Shown: one piece after another, positions 19,243 to 30,900 of the stretch
Layout: each line of letters begins with the position of its first letter
How positions within the stretch are numbered: the first letter of the stretch is position 1
Assembly: GCA_009103225.1 (NCBI GenBank)
Contig: RHPI01003389.1
Span: 787,162-851,161, forward strand
DNA from: Chlorokybus atmophyticus
Taxonomy: Eukaryota > Plantae > Mesostigma and Chlorokybus algae
Reading direction: 5' to 3'
Length of the DNA: 64,000 nt
Notes under the pieces: generated by a model
Databases searched by the model: none
What the model was told of the DNA's origin: nothing
Seen by the model: only the letters and a program-made list of their open reading frames with translations
Made by a program: the position numbers and the translations under genes

Positions 19243-20703
19243 GCCTTCCCTCACACCGAAGCTGCCGTCGCCGCCGCTCGTTGGCCTGGTGGCCTGGACT
19301 GCCTGCGTTTGCGCGGGAGAGTCAACGGGTCACCGCATACACAAATTGCTCCGCTGCTTGGGGCCCTCATGATTGAAGGCTCATGTAAGGGGGTATGTGA
19401 ATTAACTTATTGGCAAGTTACCTTAATTACTAGGCCATGGTGGCAAAAGTCGATACCAGGCAGGACAACATAGCATCTATGCAGCCTTGCCATGTACAAG
19501 TTACAGCGCTGCATAGAACAAGGTGACTTCATATGCACAACCATGTAAGTAAACACCATTTAAGTAACACTCAACAACGCAACAAAACGCGTACGCAGCC
19601 GCTGTAATGCATCTCGTGGTGAAGAGCTACTGGCAGAAGAATTGGCACTCCGCACGTCATGCTCCTTCATACCCCTCAACAAGCAATCATCGGTCCGGCA
19701 AAAAGCTGCGCTGTGCAGGATTGCACGCAAAAGGACTCTGAAATTTTAATTATACATGAACGCATACAAACATGTAGTTTTTACATGTTTTTATGCGTTA
19801 CAACTTGAATTTCATGAACTGTTTGTGAATCGTTTAGAGTCATCCGGATGTGATCGAATGCGCTATCACTCTCAAATAAACAGTTTCTGCAAGTAATTAT
19901 ATTGATGTACCGACGGAGGTATGTACAACACTACAACTTGCCATTGAAGCACACATTAGGCTGTTTTATCATCCTACTTGATAAGCTTAATTATGTGTAC
20001 AAACACAAACCTTTATCGATATCGATACCGCTGACAACATTCAAGAACCTGAAAACCAATAAAACGCAGCAATCTCGGGAACGTCATGAAGAGCTGGCCG
20101 GGTAGAAGAGAAGTTTCACTCACCACATTGGTATCAGAATTGCAAATGAGCAAATCATAATTGATTACTGAACATGTCAGCAGCTGCGCCATGCCAAACT
20201 GCGCACACGAAAACACCTTGCTTAAGCGAAAGCTTTTGCCCAAACGTATACGAACATGAACAAAGCGCTCAACGATGTTCGGAGCTACTGGATTGCTATT
20301 ATATTTTGTGCGCTACCACCCCTGAGTAGCGCCACAACGGTATTCAACTATTGCAATTGCGACACAATTGCTCTGATCAAACGAAGTTAAAATTCAAGCA
20401 AACTATCGTGCAAGCAAGTTACTATCCATACGTTTGCATCTATATGAAGAACAAAGTTACAAATAAATAACATCGGTTTAAATTGGTTTGCACACAATGA
20501 TTTGCCATGTAGCACACAACTATGAATATACATATCAATCATTTTAATTATAAACCACGTTTATAATATATATTAAAGCGCGAACAACTTTAATACACCA
20601 TATGTGATATAAATCTTGCAATACAATCTTGCATTTGTTCCAACACTGATTAATGCATACATTCAGGTAGGAGTACATCAAGTCCCCCCCGGAGGATGTG
20701 ATC

Positions 20704-20790
20704 CCACACCCACACCCACACCCACACCCACACCCACACCCACACCCACACCCACACCCACACCCACGCACGCACGCACGCACGCATGCA
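20704..20790. repeat. (CACACC)n followed by (CACG)n microsatellite
   Basis: About ten perfect cacacc units followed by cacg units in intergenic DNA. Confidence 0.95.
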
Positions 20791-20859
20791 CGCTGTTATA
20801 AGGCACAAACATGCATGCGTGTGCACGTTTCAACCATGCACATACATGATCACGCATGT

Positions 20860-22260
20860 TCGTATGCTCATCNGTCACTACCGTGTCGAGATATCATCCG
20901 TATCGACACGCACAGGAATCTTTTGGATACCCACGCCGCGAGTGTCAGTTCCGGCAGCAGGTGCCGTGTCACGCGTGAACGGCTCGTGTGCGTCATGCAC
21001 GGTGCATGTCTTTCTTCAGGTCCGACCAGCAACCGGGTTTCGAAGAACGCAACCAGGACTCGGACAGCATGGCCTCCTCACTGAGGAGTCCTGATGTAAC
21101 TGTAGCTACTCTTATGAACAAGATGAAGTCCCGTTGACTCAGGAACCTTTTAGGTTGCAAGTAGTAGACCGTAGCAGACAATCCCAGGACAACAAGCGAG
21201 GCGACGGGCCTATCGTTACAACCGTATTTAGCGCAAAAGCGCTCGCGTTACGTGTTAACCGGCGTGCGTGCGCACGTCAGATCGTCATGACTCACGCACG
21301 CATCATCATCAACGACCCTTCCGCTGGGTCAGCTTGCAGCCGAGGCAGCTCCGATTGTTATATATAACTATTATAGTTCCGTTGGCTCATGTCCTATAAC
21401 AAGGGATAGAATCTTTGTGCTCTACCGATACCGGTATAAGTCACAACTTTGTCTTATCAAGCTGGCATTGAAGGTGCGCAAGCACTGGCGTGGAGTGAGG
21501 AGCAGGCGGTGCAGGTTGCAGAGCTGCAGGCGGGGCAGGCGGGGCAGGCGGCGGTGCTGGTTGACAGGCGGGCAGAGGCTGTGGTTTGCTGGAGCAAAGC
21601 CAGGCCTAGCAGGAGAAGGACAAGGAACAGGAGTAGCAGGAGAGTTCAGCGCTGGGTGTGGGTTGCTGGGAAGGGTCAGAGGGGATTAAGGCTCACAGAC
21701 GGGGCAGGCGCGAGAGGTTGCTGCCTCAGTTGATAGGTAGGGTTTGGCTATGCGCAGCTGTGTCTGTTTTGTCAAGGCCTTCAACGTCTACGGGGTGGTT
21801 GCGTTCCGCTTTCTTGTCGTGCACTAAGCTTTGCCAGTGCCCCAGGGCGTAAGTATACAGGGGTATGTTCCTAAGTTGTGAGCGTCTACGAGACGATTGC
21901 CCTCCGCTTGCTTATTTTCTTGCTTGGAGCTTTCCAAGGCTACCCAGGGTAGTCTGTGTACAGGGAGTCCGTTGGGGATGTTCGGGTAGCGGGTTAGGCC
22001 GTCAGGCAATCCGCTGCACAGTCACTAGAGTCCTCTTGATGGGTGCGCCGTGTTCAAGAAACGATTGCTAGTTGCGCTTTGTCAGCTGAGGTTGTTACAT
22101 CATTCTCGCGCTGTCCATTCAGCGCAAGCTTTGTTTACGTAAGTCAGTCATTTTGGAGCTCTGCGCGTCGCCGAGCGTTTCGTTCACCTGTTTGTTGACC
22201 GTTCTTCACTTGATGCGTTCTCTGCCCGTGTTTGGTTGCTGTCAACTTGTCCGCTTTTGG
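20860..22260 (-). mobile_element. Possible decayed transposable-element fragment
   Basis: GC-rich block in an intergenic region. The minus strand gives a Pro/Ala-rich remnant (APPPAPPAPPAALQPAPP, ~21480-21560) followed by non-coding DNA with TG...CA-bounded segments (21096-21220, 21356-21400). No diagnostic domain was recognised. Confidence 0.25.
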
Positions 22261-24699
22261 TAACAGCTATGCGCAGTTGTTTTGCTGCTGTGAGTGCTGG
22301 CCAGCTGCCGTCTTGTGCTTGAGTACTGGAATGATGCCTATTCCTGTGCACAGAGACACCAGTGCTGAACTTCGGTGAGGGCTCTCCCCGCTGTACATAT
22401 TACCAGCCTTCATACGCACCCGCAGTAAGTAGCAGTGCAGTGTCTTCACTCAAACCAGCATCTTCGCATGCAGCTTTCTTGAACACAAACATGTCGATTG
22501 CGTAACATTGTGTATCACTCCTGCAATAACACGTCTGGCTTGCTCTTGCAGATGGCTTGTTTATCGCCAATGAAGCTCAGGGACTTGCAGCCAATGGCGC
22601 CATTCAACATGGTGGTTCGTAGGCCATCTTTCACATCACCTCGCAGCAAGCTGGAGCAGATGGAGGAGACTGGTTGCTTCTCCCCACCAGCGCTGCAGCT
22701 GCCCAAATCTTTTCAGGATTGGCAGCAGGGAGCCAATGAGTCTCATATGGAGCCCCCAAGTGACAGCGCCTTAAACATGGATGATGCCAACAGCTTATCT
22801 CGCAGCGTGTAGTAGAGCGCTCTGCTCTGCTGTACCCAAAGCAAACACCCTCTGTAGATATGCATTGCTCGTGTATTGTATAATCTCACCACTACTGACC
22901 GGTGTATTAGTAGGAGTTACGCTAGTAGAAGTATGCTAGTAGGAGACGCCATCATTTGTACTTGCCGTTGCTTGCTTCGGTGCGGGGATGTGGCAGTTGG
23001 TCGTGAGTGATGACACGCATCTACACTTGTGGTAAGGTAGCTGGATCCCACATTGTCAGACCATGGACAGTCCTTCATAGTAGAGATGACCAGGTTGTTG
23101 TCATCGCGCCCCTAGTGCTTGCGAACCGCGCACTGCAATAAAATCTTGCTTAGCTTGGCACATTGCCCTGTAATGACATTGGATTGTGGCTAATAGGCTT
23201 GTGGTCAAGTGCGTTGACCACGTCAGTGCATCATTTACTTGAGGAATCACTGATGGAACACATGGTTGCAAACATTTGTTAACCACTTTGTATATCACAT
23301 GCGCGCCAACCCGAATGACCGGTATATTTGAGGTGAACTTGAATGACTTGATGTGAAGCGCTATATGCTTACCCACATGCGATATGGGCTCGAAGAGGGG
23401 ATATGTTGCATTGACAGCAAGATAGTGAAACTATGTGAATCGAAGGTTAAGTTCGTTTTGCGATGTATGGTTTATTATGGTTCAATGTATGAATGCGCCT
23501 TTGATGCAAAAGTGGTAATAAGGCATTGGTAAATGCAACCAATACGTAGCAAAATGAGTAATATGAACAATTCTTTCCTTTTCAATGCCATATGTGGATG
23601 GTATACTCAAAAAATTGTAAATATTGCATTGTACGATACATGCAAGGGGCATGTATAAAGAGAGCAATGTAAACATATTGACGTTGATATGTTATATAGC
23701 CTTAATGCGAAATCATCTAACAATGTGGTCGTCAATTTGATCACACTTCGAACATAGCAAGTGGCTTTACCATTTATGCACGTACGTTCTTTCAATTTGC
23801 ATCAAATGGTGTATGATAAAATCTGTATCAAGTGCATTAACGATATGTAAATGTGATTAATATTGAATACAGTTTATATGCAATGCAGTTAAATCATTTT
23901 CTATATGTAATTTTTTATCAATGTGCATAACATGATTTTGTAGCTGTGTTGTCTAAGCTTTATTCTTTCCCTATACCCTATGATACTAATCATGTGTTGG
24001 AATGCATCAACATTACCACGATATGTCTTACGCGTGAGCCATGCATCACCTTGTTGAGATGACCTACGGTACCAAGTTGCATAATCCTGTGCGTCATCAC
24101 CATTACCACACTGCTGCAAGGGCAGAGCAACTTTCTCTCAAATAAGGGGGTAGTTTGCATTGCCGACTAGCACACCTCACGACACACTGTGCACGAACAT
24201 GACGCTTTCCCTGCTTGGCCCATGCATCCCCAGGCTGGGATCCCAGCTGACCCATCAATCCCCACTTATCACTGGCATGGAAGGCCAAGTGTCAACCGCC
24301 TGCATAAGCACGCCAGGCTGACTTGCACGCATGCCGAGTCATCAAACACCCCACACAAGCCTGCCTGCCTGCCTGCCTGCCTGACATACCCACACACACA
24401 CATATCTGACCTCCCCTCACACACCTCACCCTCCCTCTGCCTGACAGGGACATGACTCACCTGAGGTGTGAGTTTGCGAACAACACCACATCCCCTTTTT
24501 GACAACACCATCAAGATGTGCGTGTGCTGTCTGCCTCCAACCTCTCCACACTACTGCTTAACAACGACACCTGCATGCAACCACCTTCCTTCAGCTTGCA
24601 AGCAGACACGAGCAACCCCCCCTCCCTTGCTGCTAAGTTGCTACCAGTGTGAAGAAGCAGAAGACCAACAACCCCATCACCACCAACAACACCAACAAG

Positions 24700-26566
24700 A
24701 TGGTGATGAAGGACTTCAACGGCATGAAGGTCCTCGTGACCGGCGGCACCGGCGGCATAGGTCTGGCGACGGCCAAGAAGTTCATGGAGAAGGGGGCCAC
24801 CGTCGCCGTCACGGGAAAGGACAAGCAGGACGTGGACCACGCCGTCAAGAACCTCGAGAACAAGGCACACGGGACAGGCGCGGGCACTGCTGCTGTTGTT
24901 GCTGTTGTTGTTGTTGTCGTTGTTGTTGTTCTTGAAAGAGGTTTAGTGACGTGCATGCGAACTTACAGCACATCAATGCAGTCTGGATGCATGCATGCAT
25001 TGTTGTTGTACAGAGGCACTTGCGTGAGCACTTGCACGCTTGCGCTCGTGCATGTTCTGCTTTGTGGCAACAACACATGCACTGGTCGCATGCATGTGCA
25101 TGCCTGCATGGTTGCATGCACGTGTGCATTTCGTTGCCTGCAAGCTTCAGTATCATGTTGCTTTGCGTACTCTTGTGCTAGTGGCACTTTTGTTGCTGTG
25201 ACGAGACTGCCCCGTTCTGCGAGTGGGCTGACGTGGGCTTTGTGTCATGCGTAATATTCATGGAAGCAGTGGTGGACTTCTTGCACCAAGACCATGACAC
25301 CGTCGAGAACGCCCTCAAAGGCATCCCAAAACATCTGGGCGGACTCGACATCCTGGTGCGCTGCGTGCGTGTGTGCGTTGCATGCAACCACAATCACACC
25401 CACACACGCATGCACTGAGTAGCACGCATCTTCCTGTAGTCAACTTAACTGCAGAGAGGTGACCAGCCGGCACATGCATGCACTCGCGTGGGAGCGAGTG
25501 CGTGTGCGTGTGTGCGCATGCACACACACGCACACTCCCGCTCTCTCCCACTCTCACCTGTGTGAGTGACACCCCCACCCCCACGTACTCTCTCCCACCC
25601 TTTCACTCACTCAGCCTCACACTCTCCTCCCCAGGTGAACGCAGCCGGCGGTTATGTCCCCGGCGCCGGCGGCCCCAAGGGTCTCCTCCCCACGATGAAG
25701 CTGAACCTGATGTCGGCCTACATCGCGTGCGAGGGTCTTGTGGAAGAACTGAAGAAGAGCGGTCGCCACCCGTGCATCGTCAACGTCGCGGACGCCGTCG
25801 GGGGGAAGATCGTCATGCCGAGCACGCACACGAACTACTGCGTGAGCAACGGAGGAGTGTGCAAGCTCACGGGTGAGTGGTAGAGACAGAGTGTTACGAG
25901 TACGAGAGCAGAGGTCAAAGAGAACGCCATACAATCCCTATGAGTCCAGTAAGCTTCTGCTCTATACATGTACCAAGCATTGTCTGTTGTCTATGACTAT
26001 GACTACGGCTACGTTGTCTATGACTGTCCTATGACATCAGCTGCTGTTCTACCCGACTTCTACGGTTTGCCTGTTGCTATATGACAAATGCCTGTGACTA
26101 TGACTGTTCTATAAAGTGAGTGATTCAATACTCCTGATCAAAGTCAGAGTCTGCTTTCAGCTATGATAACCATGCATCTGTGACTGGTTCTGACATACTA
26201 CTATAGCTTTGTTTCCCATTCCCCAGAGTGTCTGGCTCTCACCTACGCCCCTTCCATCCGCGTCAACTGCATCTCCCCCGGCTTCACCGAGCACACCGGC
26301 CAGCTGCTCACTATGGCGGGCGGCGACGAGGGCAAGGCCAAGGCGCTGGCGGCCAAGAAGGCGAAGGCGACGCCGCTCGGGAGACTCGCGAAACCGGAAG
26401 AGGTGGCGGAGGGGATACTGTACCTGGCTATGCAGACGTACGGGACGGGGCAGAATATCGTGCTGGATGGAGGAGCGGGACTCACGGTGAGTGATGAGAG
26501 CTCTCTCTGTCTTTCATTCTGGCATGCACGCGACAACACACAGTACTGCATTGCAGCATGCGCATG

Positions 26567-26600
<34 letters not shown>

Positions 26601-26805
26601 TACACGCACACCGTGTCACACAACCACCCCCACTCCCGTGCGCTCGCTCGCGCGCGCGCGTGCGTGTTTAAGAGAAGTACATATGCACACACTCTTCATG
26701 CCGCTGCCTCTTACGCGCGTGTGTGCACACAGAGTGATAATGCTGACATGTTGTGTGTTCTTGCAGAACTGGTACAACCTCCCGGCTCAGATCACCCCCG
26801 ACTAA
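24700..26805 (+). CDS. Short-chain dehydrogenase/reductase (SDR) with atypical YxxxN active site
   Basis: Exons 24700-24877, 25270-25355, 25635-25872, 26227-26486 and 26767-26805. Motifs: KVLVTGGTGGIGLATA (NAD(P) binding), GGLDILVNAAG, NYCVSNGG, IRVNCISPG, TPLGRLAKPEEVA and TGQNIVLDGG. Confidence 0.93.
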
Positions 26806-27968
26806 ATAAAGGAAGGAAGCGCTACACAGTCACACCTGCCTGCAGCCATCTCAGCAGGTACACCACTACTCCTCTGTTTTTGTAATTGGACACACATGCA
26901 AGCTGCGTGTGGGCGTGTGATTTGACCAGGCTGATACTGTCTTGCAGGGGTTGAAGTGCGTGCTTTTGTTTCAAGGTAGGAGCCATGTACATATGCTAAC
27001 AACGTGACGTAGAATGCGACTCTGGTACATGCAGATGGGTGGTGAGGTGGTATGGGACCCGTGCGTGCATAATGCTTGTACGGATGTTGTAGTGCATGCA
27101 GTGTGTTCGTACCTGTGTATAGCGAAATGTGTACCTGTTCGTTGACACTTCTATGTAATACATAATGTTGTGCATGTTTTATGCGAGTGTCATCTCCTTC
27201 CTATTTGATCTGTGGCTTGAGCGAGTGCAACAGTTTACGAATGTTATGCTGTAACCCCAGGCAAGTCTACCTCATAGACTAAGTGTTGAATGCCGTGTAA
27301 ACAGCGCACAGCGAGATTTGCCTGCAACTTATATACTAGCTGGTGGGATGTTTGATGTTTGGAAGGGGTTATGAGAGTGGTGTGCATGGTGGTGTGAACA
27401 TAGGCTCGCGCAATGTTCAGATGCGGTATGAATAGATAAGACTGGTGGTGGTAATATGAGATGTGGTAATGCTCTGATCTGGATGACGATAACCATACTG
27501 TAACTGCATCTTGAAGAGATGAATATAGCAATAAATAATAAATGAAATGCACAGGACTTTTGGGAAGTTGAGAGCATGCATTCTTAACAGGCCGTCATAT
27601 ACATGCCACACATACTGACCCTCATCTGCTAGTTCAAGCGATAGAATCTAACCCCAGCCACTGACACAATGTATGCAACTACGCTCACGACATAATGTGT
27701 CCATCATATGCAAGGGGATTCAACCCTATAGCTCTATGCTACCCATCCACCTACACATGTGCATTCAGAGCGACGACAATCATTACTCTCAACTACCCTG
27801 CGCAAGACAGCGCAATACTCTACCAAACCAGTAGGGCACACAATCAACCAATCCCTTTCCAAGTGCAGCGACTGTCGTAGCCACCTTGCCTTGACAGCAA
27901 TGCAACGCACCCAGACATCCTCACGCACAGCTCTTCACGCGCGTGTACACATGCATACAACACAACAA

Positions 27969-30900
27969 TCACCAGCCTTCAGCAGTCGTGTCATCGTCGC
28001 CAGCGCTCCAAAACTCCGCCACTTCGGAGTGGTCACCCGCCGCCTCTTCGTCATCATCCGCGAGCACGTGTGCCTGCGAGGAGTGCATGCCGTGAAGTGG
28101 TCTGCCAATGACAACAACACATATACGGACACAAACACACGCACGCGCGTGGCACAACAACGGTACCTGCTTGTAAAGGGCGGCGGTGCGCGAAGCCTGC
28201 TGCACAGCCACCGCTTTCGGCCTCTCGAGTTCCAACCGCATTTGCGCACAAACCGCATAGAAACCTGTGTGGAGGAGGAGTTGTACAAGATATATTTTCT
28301 GCAACTGAGATATACAAACAGTAACGACTGTCACATGCTTGTGCGTGCGTAAACAGACATGTGCACGCGCATGGGCATCATTGTGCATGCATGCGTATGT
28401 GTGCGTGCGCGCCCCAATGCACGTGCACACATGTGTAACAACAAGGCAACGTACCTGCGTCCATCTCGCCGTCGGCAGCACAAGTTGTTGCAAGGAAGGC
28501 CAGTGTGGCTTTGTTGGCCGGTACGCCCGCCTGCTGCATGTCTGCAAAGACCGCGAGCGCTCTTTTGACTCGTCCCGCGCGGCAACACACCTCGATCAGT
28601 GCCTGATACACGTCCGCATCGGCGGCGAGAGCACATTCGTTCCCGCCCTCGCACGCCAACACGGCCTCCTTCAAGTCTGCGTACACGCGCATGGCCGCGT
28701 CCACGCGCTCCGCACGCGCCAACGCGATGGCGAGTGCGCTCAACGCAAAGGCGTGGACACGCGGTCGCCCGCGCCAACGCAGGGATGGCGAGCTGACACA
28801 ACTAGTTGAAAGCGTGTCCACGTTGTCGTCGAGAGAGCGGTACAGCCGCAGAGCCGCCTCGGGTTGGCCAGCCCGCGTGTAAGCCGCTATCAACTCAGAA
28901 GCGCTCTCCCTGTTGGGATACGAACCACGCCTTTGCAACTCCTGAGAAAAAAAGATGAGTAAGTGCATGTGAGGTTGACTTCAAACTGACAATAAGACAA
29001 CTTGAGCAAGGTGCACAAGTGGCTGTAACACAACTCAGCTAAGATGACTGTGTGCATGCTTATACGGAGTGCAGAGACCAACACAGTATAGCACGATATG
29101 ACCCACATGATGGGCTACATCATGACTGGGGCTTGGTACATCTGTACTGTATATGTGGCAGACATGCAACATACACAGGTATGCTACAGACACACATGTA
29201 TGGAAGCATGCCCCACCTGCTACATGTTCGCAAAGCACGCCACGCTTTGATACAAGAGCTAAACTCTTCTCATGTCGACTGACACACTGCCGTGCCACGG
29301 ACGACACAAGCATACATACACACGCAAGCATGGTCGCGCCTTACCTCCCAAAGTACTTGCGCCTGGGTTAGCATCCCCGCCCGCGCGGCCGCGGCCACGA
29401 CCCGCGCGACGGTGGCTGGCGTGGGCACGACGCGCAGCGAGCGTTGGAGCGCGAGCAGACGCAAGGCGCGCTCGACGTACGCCGCGCCGCCCTCGCGGAG
29501 GAGGGACTGAGTCACCTGCCAGAGCGTCGCAGGAGCGAGACCCGCATGACGGGACGCGAGCTGCACAACAACCGACATCGATGGTGTGAGAGTATTGCAT
29601 GTGCATGTGTGTATAAGACGGACTAGTGTCGGTTGTGGTTGCAAGAAACCATTAGCCTAAGCCTAACGTAGTAGGAGCATGAGGCAGAGATCCCAAGAAT
29701 GATAGTCACTACGTGCACACGTGCACACACGTGAGCGCATGTGTCTATGTATAGTGTGCATTTGCCAGAGTGCGTATTTGTGTGCATACACACAAAACCA
29801 GCCCAACTACGCGTGGGCACGCACGCGCCTCTCTCACCCAGTTTGACCCTTGCGCCTGTACATACCTGTTTGACCAGTGCGAGCGCATTATCCGTATCCC
29901 CGACCCTCGCGCACGCATGCACGACCCTTTCGACGCACGCGACCGTCGTCCTCATCTCTCCCCCATTCTCCTCAGCCTCTCTTAGCACCACCGTAGCGGA
30001 GTCCGCGGCCGCCTCGCGCGTGGGGTTCGCGCTCAGCAACGCCGCGTACGTGCGCTCCGCGGGACGGACGCCGGAAGCGCGCATGGCGTGGAAGACGGAG
30101 AGAGCGCGGGCGCGCATGTCCGCGCTGTCCGACTGCATGCACATGCGATTTCGTGTAAATCAGCGTGTGTCTGTAACTATATGCGTGCACGTGTGTATGA
30201 TAAAGTGCGTATATGTGTGCGTGCGCACGCGCACGCGCGCATGTCTGCGGACGTGTGCGTGCACGTGTGTGCATGCGTGCGCGTGTGTGCCCGTGCGTGC
30301 ATGCGCGTGTCTGTGTATGTGTGCGTGCGCACGCCTGTGTGTGTATGGGCATTGGACAAACCCAATATGAACGACAAACACCTGTGCGTTCACCACACCT
30401 GTGCGCAAGCGCTGATGAGGGTTGTGTATGTCACAACGTCAGGTTTGATGTTGGCGTTCTGCATTTCGTCAAACACCGTGCACGCTATCTCGCCTGCGCG
30501 ATCCTTTGCACAAGCGTCCAGCAACGCCCTGCAATCGCAGCAACACAGGTATCATATCGCGACCACTCACAACCACTTTCTGGAGGTGTTGCGCGACTGC
30601 ATACCCGTAAGTAAATGGTGTTGGGGTAAAGCCCGAAGCCAACATGTCTTTGTACACGCCAAAAGCCCGCTCGCGCTGCCAAACGACAACGTCAGTGTAT
30701 CACAAGCCACAACTATCCAACAATGACAACAGCGACGATCACGACGACAACAACAACAACAACAACAACAACGCAAGAAACATCACGCGTACCTGGCGAG
30801 CCGAAGCGCATGCATGGATGAGTGTGTTGTACGTGAGCACGTCACGGACTCTCATCCCTCGGTAGACCCGAAAGGCGCGCTCGAGCAGGCCGTGCCTCCC

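Noticed and set aside
20129-20138. TGGTATCAGA, matching a tRNA-iMet primer-binding site
   Set aside because: It is only a 10-nt match, plausible by chance in 64 kb, and no gag or paired LTR is recognisable around it.
14270-20790. Tandem repeats as CRISPR-like arrays
   Set aside because: They are simple microsatellites without unique spacers, in eukaryotic DNA with no cas genes.
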